A DNA stretch of 64,000 bases from Candidatus Omnitrophota bacterium (lineage in GTDB: Bacteria; Omnitrophota; Gorgyraeia; Gygaellales; Profunditerraquicolaceae), in the NCBI GenBank assembly GCA_041661605.1, contig JBAZUE010000001.1:478928-542927 (forward strand), in the 5' to 3' direction. The notes under the pieces are model-generated. The model worked only from the letters and a program-made list of their open reading frames with translations. It did not search any database and was not told the DNA's origin. Both the position numbers and the translations under genes were made by a program. Positions 37,093-46,211 of this stretch are shown here, one piece after another. Numbering within the stretch: position 1 is the first letter of the stretch; each line of letters begins with the position of its first letter.

Positions 37093-37149
37093 TACTCTAT
37101 TATCCCTATGAACATAGTAGAGTATAACCCAAAAAAAATATTAAGTCAA
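37093..37149 (-). promoter_or_regulatory. promoter (TTGACT-17-TATACT) overlapped by an inverted repeat operator candidate
   Basis: -35 at 37149-37144 and -10 at 37126-37121. The inverted repeat TACTCTA(37093-37099)...TAGAGTA(37118-37124) spans the -10 to +20 region. Confidence 0.45.
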
Positions 37150-37159
37150 GGAATATTTA

Positions 37160-39355
37160 TTAAATAATATCCAGCTCCAGTAATTGCCTGCGTACCTCCA
37201 GATATTTGTCAGAATCAACCAGCCTATATATCTCTTGCGCCTTGCGCCAATGCTCCCTGGCCATATTCTTTCTCCTCTGTTTTTTATATAACAAACCAAG
37301 ATTAAAGTTAACATCGGCTAAATCCATACGGTTATCAATCTCTTCCGAGAGTTTAGCTGAATCCTTAAAATACTTTTCCGCCTTTGCCAGATCATCAATT
37401 TCCATATAAAGTTCACCGATCATATTATAGCCGCCGGACAAATTTACCTTATTATTTTGTTCCTGGTCTATCTTCAGGCCCCTGAAATAATAATCTAACG
37501 CCCTTCCATACTCCTTCTCAAAAAGATAGATCTCTCCTAAATTAAAATAGCAGTCGCTTAACTCATTCTTTAAATTTAAGCGCTCAAATATTTTCCGGCT
37601 TTTTTCATAGAAATTTTCCGCCGCGGCGTAATCGTTTTTATTTACAAACACTAAACCGATATCAAAATAATCGCAGGCCAGGTTCCTGGAATTTTCAAAA
37701 TTGCCCGAACGCTCTAAATTAATGGAAACGCTCTTAGTTAAGAGGTCCAGGGCCTGATCAAAATTATTTTTATCTATATGCCAAACCGCCAATTTTCTTA
37801 AAACCACCGCCTCATTGGTTTTATCATTAAGCCTGCGGCTTAAATTCATTGCCTTATCATAGAACTCCCACGCTTTAGTATATTGGCCATCCATCTGGTA
37901 AAACCACCCCAGCTTAATATAAGCCTGGATAAGATGCTTATTGTTATTAAGCCCGCCGCTCTTAAGCACGTAATCAAAATAATATTTCAGGGCCCTCTCT
38001 TTATTACCCAGGCGTTGATAGGCATTGGCAATTACAGGATAAACCGGTAAAAAATTCTGATCTTTGGAAACCAAACGTTCCCCAAGGCCTATCGCTGACT
38101 GATTATTTCCTTTGCGATACTCAGCTTGCGCATTAAGAAACAGATAAATCTTAGCCGGGTTAAGCTTAGGCAACCAAACTGCCAAAAGGACAGCGGAACA
38201 AATAAAAAATACCGCCAGAGCGGTTTTCATCATAACCCCTTTATGGATAACAGGTATTTTATACTTACGTTCTCTATGGCGCTTAAACTTGAAGAAAACA
38301 AACCCGGGGTCTCCGTAAAGAAGATAGTTTACCCAATGCAAACTAAACAGTCCGAATTCATCCACCAGCTTCAATTTTGATAAACGCATTGACTCCCCCA
38401 CGCTGACGCCTGAAATAAGCTGCGTATAAAATTCCCGGGCAAATACAAGGCTGGGGCTATCTTCGATTTTGCGGATTGCGCCTATATAATGCCTGACTCC
38501 CGCGAACAAAAATGCGCTGGCCATCCCATAACCTGCTTTCTGGTATCCCGAATCAATCAAACCGGTATTTTCCTCGGCTGAATGGCAGGCGTTAGAAAAC
38601 ACCATGGCCGGCAGGCTGCAGCTCTGGCCCATCTTAAGGATATCCTCAGCCTTAAATAACCCGTCACTTAAAACCCAACCGCTTAACTGCGGCTCTTTTT
38701 TATCAAATTCGCAATGGCCGGCAAAATGCACAATATCATAATCACAAATATTTTTTTTGACATAGGCATTACTTATATCGGTTGATTTAAAATCAATATA
38801 TACCTTTCTGGTTTTATGGCTAAACTGGTTCTTAATACTCAGGCCTTCGGTATAGGCGGATTTTAAATCGGCGTTCGGATCAGCCAAAATCAGCATTTTT
38901 AAACTTTCAGCTAAATCACGGTACTGCAGCAGGGCCGGATCCCCCCTGCTGCGCACCAACCTGCCCAGGCTGAATTTAAGAGATAAAAATTGCGTGCCGT
39001 CAAAGATTAATTCCCATGGTAGATAAATCAACTCTTCATCCAAAGAAAGGGTTAATACGCAAGGCGGGGTGTTTTTAAGTTTTTCCTTGATCGAACGGCT
39101 CAGTAAATGATTCCAGAATAGTTGACCGGATTTTTGTAAAGACCTTAGCTGATCAAACTTGGCCGCTTGATCTTTGGCAGGACGGTTTAAAATACCGATT
39201 AAATCCGCGCTTAGACTTATTAACTCATCAAAAGAAACGGCAACTAAGCTGTAATGCCGTAAAGTAGGGGCTGTTTGACCCTGCCCAAAAAGGCTCATCT
39301 TAAGAGAATCATTCTGCTTAAAAACCTCTAAGATTAACGCTTCCGCGCAAGGCAT
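37160..39355 (-). CDS. membrane-spanning CHAT-domain protease-like protein with C-terminal TPR repeats
   Basis: 731 aa. CHAT dyad context is YDIVHFAGHCEF and PAMVFSNACHSAEE. One TM helix (TALAVFFICSAVLLAVWL), then about 8 TPR-like repeats. Confidence 0.75.
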   Translation of the reverse strand: MPCAEALILEVFKQNDSLKMSLFGQGQTAPTLRHYSLVAVSFDELISLSADLIGILNRPAKDQAAKFDQLRSLQKSGQLFWNHLLSRSIKEKLKNTPPCVLTLSLDEELIYLPWELIFDGTQFLSLKFSLGRLVRSRGDPALLQYRDLAESLKMLILADPNADLKSAYTEGLSIKNQFSHKTRKVYIDFKSTDISNAYVKKNICDYDIVHFAGHCEFDKKEPQLSGWVLSDGLFKAEDILKMGQSCSLPAMVFSNACHSAEENTGLIDSGYQKAGYGMASAFLFAGVRHYIGAIRKIEDSPSLVFAREFYTQLISGVSVGESMRLSKLKLVDEFGLFSLHWVNYLLYGDPGFVFFKFKRHRERKYKIPVIHKGVMMKTALAVFFICSAVLLAVWLPKLNPAKIYLFLNAQAEYRKGNNQSAIGLGERLVSKDQNFLPVYPVIANAYQRLGNKERALKYYFDYVLKSGGLNNNKHLIQAYIKLGWFYQMDGQYTKAWEFYDKAMNLSRRLNDKTNEAVVLRKLAVWHIDKNNFDQALDLLTKSVSINLERSGNFENSRNLACDYFDIGLVFVNKNDYAAAENFYEKSRKIFERLNLKNELSDCYFNLGEIYLFEKEYGRALDYYFRGLKIDQEQNNKVNLSGGYNMIGELYMEIDDLAKAEKYFKDSAKLSEEIDNRMDLADVNFNLGLLYKKQRRKNMAREHWRKAQEIYRLVDSDKYLEVRRQLLELDII

Positions 39356-39359
39356 AAGG

Positions 39360-40064
39360 CTAAGCCTTAACTTTAAGATTAATTACAGCCAATATCCGGG
39401 ATCCCTGTGATACTTCAACCTTATAATTATCCGGCAAAATATTTTCAAAAAAAATGTTTCCGGTATCTGAAACATAAGACTCCAGCTCAATTCCGTCTTT
39501 TATAAGCGTTATCCTCAAAGTTTTATCAATCTGCCTGCCCTGTTTATCCTTAATAGTAACCGCAAGGTTGAAAATTTTATCACCTTTATTCTCCACCTTG
39601 ACTAAAACCCTGAATTCTTTTAAGTCCTTCAAGATACTTACCTCTTCTTTAAATTCATTTATCTGCCTGCTGCGTAAAACCGGCGCAGGAATTAACTCCT
39701 GGCCCACAAGCACATCCCCGCTTGTCTGGATAATCTCCAGGGTTTTTTCCTTAAGCATAAGGAATATCTCCAATATATTATCCTTAACATCGCTATCAAT
39801 CATCTTCCTGACTCTTTCTAATAGGACAAGCGGGACATCTTTGCTTAAATGTGCCTCTATTTTAAGTTGGGTACCTAAATATTCGGCGCATATATCGCAT
39901 TTCAGCAAGTGCTCCTGGATCAAATCCCTGTCTAATTTAGGGAGCTTATCCTCAAGAAAAGAAACCAGGGTTTCTTCATTAGGATGCTCCTTTTCAATAA
40001 AACAGGGGGAACCTTTCCATTCCAGATAGATAATCCTGATTATCCTCTCAAAATAATTAAACAT
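39360..40064 (-). CDS. zf-HC2 anti-sigma factor-like protein with C-terminal Ig-like domain
   Basis: LIQEHLLKCDICAEYL (H-x3-C-x2-C). No TM helix evident. C-terminal beta-sandwich-like segment NIFFENILPDNYKVEVSQGSRILAVINLKV. Confidence 0.6.
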   Translation of the reverse strand: MFNYFERIIRIIYLEWKGSPCFIEKEHPNEETLVSFLEDKLPKLDRDLIQEHLLKCDICAEYLGTQLKIEAHLSKDVPLVLLERVRKMIDSDVKDNILEIFLMLKEKTLEIIQTSGDVLVGQELIPAPVLRSRQINEFKEEVSILKDLKEFRVLVKVENKGDKIFNLAVTIKDKQGRQIDKTLRITLIKDGIELESYVSDTGNIFFENILPDNYKVEVSQGSRILAVINLKVKA

Positions 40065-40091
40065 ATACCTTCTCCTGGCTCAATAGACGTA

Positions 40092-40703
40092 TTATTTCAG
40101 AAAATCTAACCTAAAACCTTTCACTTTAAAGCAATCTTGCAATTTTTGAAATATCCTGCTCTTTCGCATATCTACCGCTCCACGGTTAATTTTGAGATAT
40201 TCCCTTATCTGCTCCAGGCTTAAGCCTTGATTTAAAAATAACTCCATAAAATACTGCTCTGCGGGCTCAAGTGAATCAACGCAATCCCGCAGGGTCTTAC
40301 GCCTGTCCTGATCGCTTAAAAACTCAACCGCGTCTTTCGAAAGATCCTTAAGGACATCCTTTAAACTAAGGCCTTGCTCAATTTCAGCGTCAATTGAAAA
40401 CATGGGCTTAAGCTTACGCAAATAGTCAATTGTGAAATTAATCGTGACCTGTCTAAGCCAACTGGCTAAAGAACAGCCGTTTTTTCCCTGATAGCTGGAT
40501 AATTTCTTATAATTATCCTTAATTAAGGAATAAAAGATCTCCTGAAAAATATCTTCAATTTGCTCTTCAGTGAGGGAGCGGCCTTTTACAGCTAAAACAC
40601 TATAGATATAGTTATAAATCAGGCGGGAATAACGTGAGAGGAATTCATTCCAGGATTGCTTGTCCCCTTTGACGCAAGCTTGGACAAACTTTAAGTCGTC
40701 CAT
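40092..40703 (-). CDS. ECF-type RNA polymerase sigma-70 family factor
   Basis: Region 2 (WNEFLSRYSRLIYNYIYSVL) and region 4 HTH (LSLEQIREYLKINRGAVDMRKSRIFQKLQ). Confidence 0.8.
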   Translation of the reverse strand: MDDLKFVQACVKGDKQSWNEFLSRYSRLIYNYIYSVLAVKGRSLTEEQIEDIFQEIFYSLIKDNYKKLSSYQGKNGCSLASWLRQVTINFTIDYLRKLKPMFSIDAEIEQGLSLKDVLKDLSKDAVEFLSDQDRRKTLRDCVDSLEPAEQYFMELFLNQGLSLEQIREYLKINRGAVDMRKSRIFQKLQDCFKVKGFRLDFLK

Positions 40704-40710
40704 AGCTTTA

Positions 40711-40737
40711 ATTATATCACTAAAATTAATTTGTCAA
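40711..40737 (-). promoter_or_regulatory. extended -10 promoter only 7 nt from the sigma-factor ATG (leaderless candidate)
   Basis: On the minus strand: TTGACA (40737-40732), 15 nt with TGa, TATAAT (40716-40711), then taaagct-ATG (40703). No SD. Confidence 0.45.
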
Positions 40738-40747
40738 ATAAAGAAAT

Positions 40748-40777
40748 GAGGACTGTCCCCGGTTGGGGACAGTCCTC
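40748..40777 (-). terminator. intrinsic terminator downstream of hppA
   Basis: Perfect 13-bp stem GAGGACUGUCCCC-aacc-GGGGACAGUCCUC followed by AUUUCUUUAUUU. Confidence 0.65.
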
Positions 40778-40821
40778 CGATTGGGTCCAGAAACGTCCCT
40801 CGATTGGGGAGGGACCTGTCC

Positions 40822-42921
40822 CTATTTAAAGAAGGTGTTTTTGATGATAAATGAAGCAAATACGATAGAAACCATAGACATAAGCTTAATCAAGATGTTT
40901 AAGCTTGGTCCGGAGGTATCTTTAAACGGGTCTCCAACAGTATCGCCAACCACCGTGGCTTTATGCGCAAGCGAACCTTTGCCGCCATGATGGCCCTCTT
41001 CCACGAATTTCTTGGCATTATCCCAAGCGCCTCCGGAGTTAGCCATCATAACTGCCAACACAAACCCGGTAACAGTTGCCCCGACAAGCAGACCGGCAAC
41101 CGCATCGATACCTATTAATAACCCTACGGCTATAGGAGCAACAATTGCCAAAAGGGACGGGGCAATCATTTCTTTTTGAGCTGCCGCGGTTGCGATACTT
41201 ACACAACGCGCATAATCCGGCTTAGCTTTACCTTCCATAAGGCCAATAATCTCTTTAAACTGCCTGCGCACCTCTACGACAATCTTGCCTGCTGCCCTGC
41301 CTACCGCGCGCATAGTCATAGAGCAGAATAAGAACGGTAACATCCCGCCTAAGAATAAACCCACCAATACCGTTGGATTCATCATGCTCGTATTCACTTC
41401 TCTTCCTAAAAGCAAAACCTGATCTTTATAAGCAGCAATCAATGCCAACGCGGTTAAGGCTGCCGAACCTATAGCAAAACCCTTACCGGTTGCCGCAGTA
41501 GTATTACCTAATGAATCTAATGCGTCAGTTCTCTTGCGTACTTCAGGAGGTAATTTGGCCATCTCCGCGTTTCCACCGGCATTATCAGCAACCGGCCCGT
41601 AAGCATCAGTAGCCAGCGTAATACCTAAGGTTGAAAGCATACCCACCGCGGAAATCGCGATACCATATAATCCCGCATTAAAATTCGCCGCTCCACCTGA
41701 CACAAAGAAGCTAATCAAGATAGCAACGCAAACAATAATTACCGGAATCGCGGTAGACATCATTCCTACGGCAATACCGCTGATAATTACAGTCGCGGGC
41801 CCGGTTAAAGAAGCATCGGCAATTGTACGCGTAGGTTTAAAACCGCTGGAAGTATAATACTCAGTGCACAAGCCAATCAACACACCGGCAATTAAACCTG
41901 CCAGGACTGACCAGTAAGTGCCGATATGAGCAATACCTAAAGTACTTCTGATCAAGAAGAATGAGATTATCGCAACTATAAATGAACTGGTAAATACACC
42001 TTTACGTAAAGCTGCCAGAAGGACTTTTTGACTTGCCTGTTCGCCGCTTTTTACAAAGAAGGTTCCGATGATTGAAGCAATAACGCCTACCGCTGCCATA
42101 ACCATAGGTACAGTTACTCCGGCAACACCAAGACCGGCAGCAACACCTAAAGCAGAAGTAGCGACAATCGAACCAACATAAGATTCATAGAGATCGGCTC
42201 CCATTCCAGCGACATCACCGACATTATCACCTACATTATCGGCAATAACTGCCGGGTTACGCGGATCATCTTCGGGGATTCCGGCTTCCACCTTACCTAC
42301 TAAGTCAGCGCCAACATCAGCGGCCTTAGTAAAAATACCGCCGCCTACCCTGGCAAAAAGAGCCATAGAACTGGCGCCCATACCAAAGCAAAGCATAGTA
42401 GATGTAATGGCGGCAATTTTATCGGTTCCCATAGGAATAGAGTGGCAGGAATAATACCAATTCAGAAAATAATACCAAATACTTAAATCCAACAGGCCTA
42501 AGCCGACTACGGTAAGCCCCATTACCGCGCCGCTGGAAAAAGCCACACGCAAACCTGAATTCAAACTTTTAGAAGCTGCCTGGGCAGTACGATTAGATGA
42601 CTGCGTGGCAATGGTCATGCCTATAAAACCTGATAAACCGGAAAAAAATCCTCCGGTTAAGAAAGCAAACGGGACAAAGATAACCAGGTAATTCTTCAAG
42701 GCCATAGCCAGAAGAATAAAAAATACCACAATAAAAAACATGGAAACGCCAAGATACTGCCTTTTTAAATATGCCTGAGCCCCCACGCGCACAGCCTGGG
42801 CAATCTCCTTCATTTTATCCGTTCCTTCGTCCATCTTCAGGATACTTAAGGCCAGATAAAACGCGAAACTTAAAGCTAGAATCGAACCTACCGGTGCCAA
42901 CAACAACAAATCAAAACCCAT
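40822..42921 (-). CDS. hppA: membrane-bound pyrophosphate-energised pump (K+-dependent-type signature)
   Basis: 699 aa, about 16 TM helices. Motifs [47 protein letters not shown] has Ala where K+-independent enzymes have Lys. Confidence 0.9.
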   Translation of the reverse strand: MGFDLLLLAPVGSILALSFAFYLALSILKMDEGTDKMKEIAQAVRVGAQAYLKRQYLGVSMFFIVVFFILLAMALKNYLVIFVPFAFLTGGFFSGLSGFIGMTIATQSSNRTAQAASKSLNSGLRVAFSSGAVMGLTVVGLGLLDLSIWYYFLNWYYSCHSIPMGTDKIAAITSTMLCFGMGASSMALFARVGGGIFTKAADVGADLVGKVEAGIPEDDPRNPAVIADNVGDNVGDVAGMGADLYESYVGSIVATSALGVAAGLGVAGVTVPMVMAAVGVIASIIGTFFVKSGEQASQKVLLAALRKGVFTSSFIVAIISFFLIRSTLGIAHIGTYWSVLAGLIAGVLIGLCTEYYTSSGFKPTRTIADASLTGPATVIISGIAVGMMSTAIPVIIVCVAILISFFVSGGAANFNAGLYGIAISAVGMLSTLGITLATDAYGPVADNAGGNAEMAKLPPEVRKRTDALDSLGNTTAATGKGFAIGSAALTALALIAAYKDQVLLLGREVNTSMMNPTVLVGLFLGGMLPFLFCSMTMRAVGRAAGKIVVEVRRQFKEIIGLMEGKAKPDYARCVSIATAAAQKEMIAPSLLAIVAPIAVGLLIGIDAVAGLLVGATVTGFVLAVMMANSGGAWDNAKKFVEEGHHGGKGSLAHKATVVGDTVGDPFKDTSGPSLNILIKLMSMVSIVFASFIIKNTFFK

Positions 42922-43025
42922 TTTTACTCCGCTCCTTTCAGAAACATTTGTTATTTTGTGCTACTGTGCAGCCTATCAAAAATTAGGCAATATGTTAACA
43001 TAACCGTGACACTTGTCAATAACAA

Positions 43026-43325
43026 TTACTCCAGTTTCTTTTCCTCCTCAACTACCCTGCCTTCCACATCAATAACCCTGCCATGAGGACCCCCTGGACG
43101 ATGGCTTCGGCTACCGGAAGCCGAACCACGGGCCGCTGGTCCGAACTGCTGGAGGATTTTCCGCATAAAGATATGAATCTTAATAAGAAATATTAGAATA
43201 AGGACTGCTTCAACACCCAGCCAAAGATAAGTTGAATTAAAGATTGCCCTGCCGAATAAAAGGTTAAGGATAATAAGCAACGGCAACAAACAACCGGTTT
43301 GCCCTGACCAGATAATTTGAGGCAT
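43026..43325 (-). CDS. small 2-TM membrane protein (hypothetical)
   Basis: ATG 43325 overlaps the upstream stop (TGATG coupling). Two TM helices and a G/S/R/P-rich tail. Confidence 0.4.
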   Translation of the reverse strand: MPQIIWSGQTGCLLPLLIILNLLFGRAIFNSTYLWLGVEAVLILIFLIKIHIFMRKILQQFGPAARGSASGSRSHRPGGPHGRVIDVEGRVVEEEKKLE

Positions 43326-43837
43326 CAAAAATTCTCCCAATGCAAAAGTTCTTTAAGCTGGCGTTTATCTGTTTGTTTAAAAGAATCTTTTTCTTGCGGA
43401 TAGCCCAAAGCAATCAAGCTGATCAATTTCATCTCTATAGGTGCATTCAATAAAACACTTACCTGTCCCGCATAAGGCTTTTTATCCCCGGCTACCCAGC
43501 AAGAACCAATACCTAAAGCTGTAGCCGCTAAAAGGATATTACAAGTAGCCCCGCATCCATCTTCAAGGTAATATTTTGTGTCAAGGCAAAAAACCGCGAT
43601 GCAGGCAGCTGCCTGGGCAATAAACCTCCCATTTTCAGCTAATTTAGACAACTCAGTCAATTTATGTTTATCCGTGACCACCACAAACTCCCAAGGCTGC
43701 ACATTTCTTGCCGTAGGGGCAAACCTGGCGCAATCAATAAGCTTCTCCAGATCCTTACTGTCGATACTTCTATCTTGAAACACCCTTATACTGCGCCTGG
43801 AGCGTAATAACTCTAAGTTTTCCATTCTTTTCTCCAA
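43325..43837 (-). CDS. nitroreductase family protein
   Basis: RRSIRVFQDRSI...APTARNVQPWEFVVV, 170 aa. Confidence 0.8.
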   Translation of the reverse strand: MEKRMENLELLRSRRSIRVFQDRSIDSKDLEKLIDCARFAPTARNVQPWEFVVVTDKHKLTELSKLAENGRFIAQAAACIAVFCLDTKYYLEDGCGATCNILLAATALGIGSCWVAGDKKPYAGQVSVLLNAPIEMKLISLIALGYPQEKDSFKQTDKRQLKELLHWENF

Positions 43838-43862
43838 TATTATTAAAAATTAAATGCCTTGG

Positions 43863-44240
43863 CTAAGTCAGTTTCTTACGGAGGTCTTCGGGAATGGCCT
43901 GCGGCTTTAAATGCTTATCCACGCAAACAAGGAGGGTTTTAGCTTTAACAATAAGCTGTTTATTTTGATTGTATATTTCATGCAAGAATTCGATGCGTAC
44001 CCCGCTAACTGTTCCTACCTGGGTCAAAATATCCAGATCATCGCCGTATACAGCCGGGAATTTATAATCTATCTCCTGCCGGGCGACCACAAACATAATC
44101 CCGGAATCAGACAATTGCTTGATAGAAGCGTTTTTTAACGCAAAATATTCTGTACGCGCCTCTTCAAGAAAATTAAGGTAGTTGGCGTAATAAACTACCC
44201 CTCCGCAGTCAGTATGATGATAGTAGATTCGCGTTTTCAT
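43863..44240 (-). CDS. YbgC/FadM-family acyl-CoA thioesterase (hotdog fold)
   Basis: YYHHTDCGGVVYYANYLNFLEEARTEYF, 125 aa. Confidence 0.8.
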   Translation of the reverse strand: MKTRIYYHHTDCGGVVYYANYLNFLEEARTEYFALKNASIKQLSDSGIMFVVARQEIDYKFPAVYGDDLDILTQVGTVSGVRIEFLHEIYNQNKQLIVKAKTLLVCVDKHLKPQAIPEDLRKKLT

Positions 44241-44263
44241 ATTATTATAAATATAGCTCTAAA

Positions 44264-45487
44264 CTAATAATTGTCAATATATTCCCCAAGAAAACTATCC
44301 CCCGCAATGCGTTTTAACTTCACCCGCACAATCTTGCTGATGAACCCGGGTTTAAAGGGTATCCTGACATTAAGGTAATTATCGGTTAAGCCCTCCAAAT
44401 AGCAAGTTTGGTCTTTGGCAACACCCTCTATCAAAACCGAAAACTCCTCACCGATAAACTGGCGCATAAATTTATCCCGGCACTCCTTAGAGACCTTTTC
44501 CAGATCAGCGCAACGGGCATTAACTGTTTTCGCATCAACTAATCCGCTGAAACAGGCAGCTTTTGTACCCGGACGGACGGAATAAGGGAATATATGCGCC
44601 TTTAAAGGCATTATCTTTCTGACCAAACTAACGGTATTATCAAAATTCTCATCCATCTCTCCGGGAAAACCAATCAAGCAATCCGTGGTAATGGAAACTC
44701 CGGGGATATTACACTTAATCCTGGAAATTAAATCCTCATAATTCTCTCTGGTGTACTTACGGTTCATGCGTTTGAGTATGCTGTTGTCTCCGCTCTGAAT
44801 GGGAATATGCAGATGCCGGCAAAATTTTTTGCTGCCTGCCAGGAGCTTAATCAGCTTGACAGAAACATCCCCTGCTTCAATTGAACTTAATCTTATGCGG
44901 GATAATCCTTCTATTTTCGACAGGGAATCGACAACATCAACCAGGTCTTTCTTAGGAGAAAGATCCTTACCATATTCGCCCAGGCAAATTCCCGTCAGAA
45001 CAATCTCTTTAAACCCGCAGGCAACCAGCTTTCTTGCTTCTGTTAATACCTGCTTAAAGCTTTTGCTGCGTTTTTTGCCCCTTACCAGGGCTACTTTACA
45101 GTATGTGCAGAAATTATCACAGCCATCCTGGATTTTCAAGAAAGCGCGGGTATGCCTGCTAAAGCCGCTTATGCCTTCGGGGAAAAAACTTTTTTTCACG
45201 ACTAAACTAACCCCTTTGATATCCGCCAATAAATCCCAGTCTTTTTCCGCCATGCAACCGGTAACAATAACTTTCGCCTTTGGATTTGATTGGATGCATC
45301 TACGGATAATATTGCGGGATTTCCGGTCAGCCCCGGAAGTAACAGTGCATGTATTTATCAGAAAATAATCCGGGTTTTGGCTTTTGCCGGCTTCTCTGAA
45401 CCCCTTGCTTAAAAATCTTTCCAGGATACTTTGCGTATCATATTGGTTGGCTTTACATCCGAGGGTAAAAAGTTTAACAAGTTTCAT
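44264..45487 (-). CDS. mtaB: MiaB-like methylthiotransferase, MtaB type (radical SAM)
   Basis: N-terminal TLGCKANQYDT, radical-SAM CDNFCTYC, C-terminal TRAM-like region, 407 aa. Confidence 0.75.
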   Translation of the reverse strand: MKLVKLFTLGCKANQYDTQSILERFLSKGFREAGKSQNPDYFLINTCTVTSGADRKSRNIIRRCIQSNPKAKVIVTGCMAEKDWDLLADIKGVSLVVKKSFFPEGISGFSRHTRAFLKIQDGCDNFCTYCKVALVRGKKRSKSFKQVLTEARKLVACGFKEIVLTGICLGEYGKDLSPKKDLVDVVDSLSKIEGLSRIRLSSIEAGDVSVKLIKLLAGSKKFCRHLHIPIQSGDNSILKRMNRKYTRENYEDLISRIKCNIPGVSITTDCLIGFPGEMDENFDNTVSLVRKIMPLKAHIFPYSVRPGTKAACFSGLVDAKTVNARCADLEKVSKECRDKFMRQFIGEEFSVLIEGVAKDQTCYLEGLTDNYLNVRIPFKPGFISKIVRVKLKRIAGDSFLGEYIDNY

Positions 45488-46211
45488 TTAATTTAATAAA
45501 ACTGGCGACTGCTATAGCTGCCGTATCTACACGCAGGACCCGCTCACCAAGCGAGACAGGAAGAAACCCGGCTTTTGTTGCCAGGGCAACCTCCTGAGGA
45601 GTAAAATCACCTTCCGGACCAATCAAAACTATTATCTTTTTAATATTCTTGCATTCATGGGCAAGCGCCTCCTTGAGGCTCTTGCGTTTACCCTCTAAAG
45701 TAGGCATTAATTTTAAATCAAAATCATCCACAGACAAAAGCACATCCTTTAGCGGGCTTACCGGTTTAATCACCGCAAGCCTGCTCCCCTGGCTTTGTTT
45801 GGCAGCACTCAAAGCAATTTTTTCCCAACGCTGGAATCGTTGTATTTTTTTCTGTTTATCCAGCCTGACAATTACCCTTTCTGTCTCAAGCGGTATTATA
45901 CATTCAACTCCTAATTGAGTAAGCTTATCCACAATATCATCCATCTTTACTTTCTTGGGGATAGCGCAGGCAACTGTCAGACTCAAGGACAGAACCTTAG
46001 GAGGCCTTTTTTCTTTTATCTCCAGTTTTACCGCTCCAGGCCCAATTTCAACCACCGCGGCAATAAATTCATTACCCCGGTTATCAAAAACCGCTACCTG
46101 TTCAGAAAGTTTTATCCTGAGCACATCCCTCAAATGATGCAGCTGCTCAGGATCATTCAAAAAGATGTTTTTATCTTTTACATCAATTTTATCGACGAAG
46201 AAACGGTTCAT
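45474..46211 (-). CDS. rsmE: 16S rRNA (uracil1498-N3)-methyltransferase
   Basis: MNRFFV...HHLRDVLRIK, and the C-terminal SPOUT knot IGPEGDFTPQEV...LGERVLRVDTA. Confidence 0.85.
   Translation of the reverse strand: MNRFFVDKIDVKDKNIFLNDPEQLHHLRDVLRIKLSEQVAVFDNRGNEFIAAVVEIGPGAVKLEIKEKRPPKVLSLSLTVACAIPKKVKMDDIVDKLTQLGVECIIPLETERVIVRLDKQKKIQRFQRWEKIALSAAKQSQGSRLAVIKPVSPLKDVLLSVDDFDLKLMPTLEGKRKSLKEALAHECKNIKKIIVLIGPEGDFTPQEVALATKAGFLPVSLGERVLRVDTAAIAVASFIKLNETC

Noticed and set aside
37063-37159. SAM riboswitch or T-box upstream of the Met/Cys operon
   Set aside because: The leader is only about 50 nt after the predicted TSS and lacks SAM-I or T-box conserved elements.
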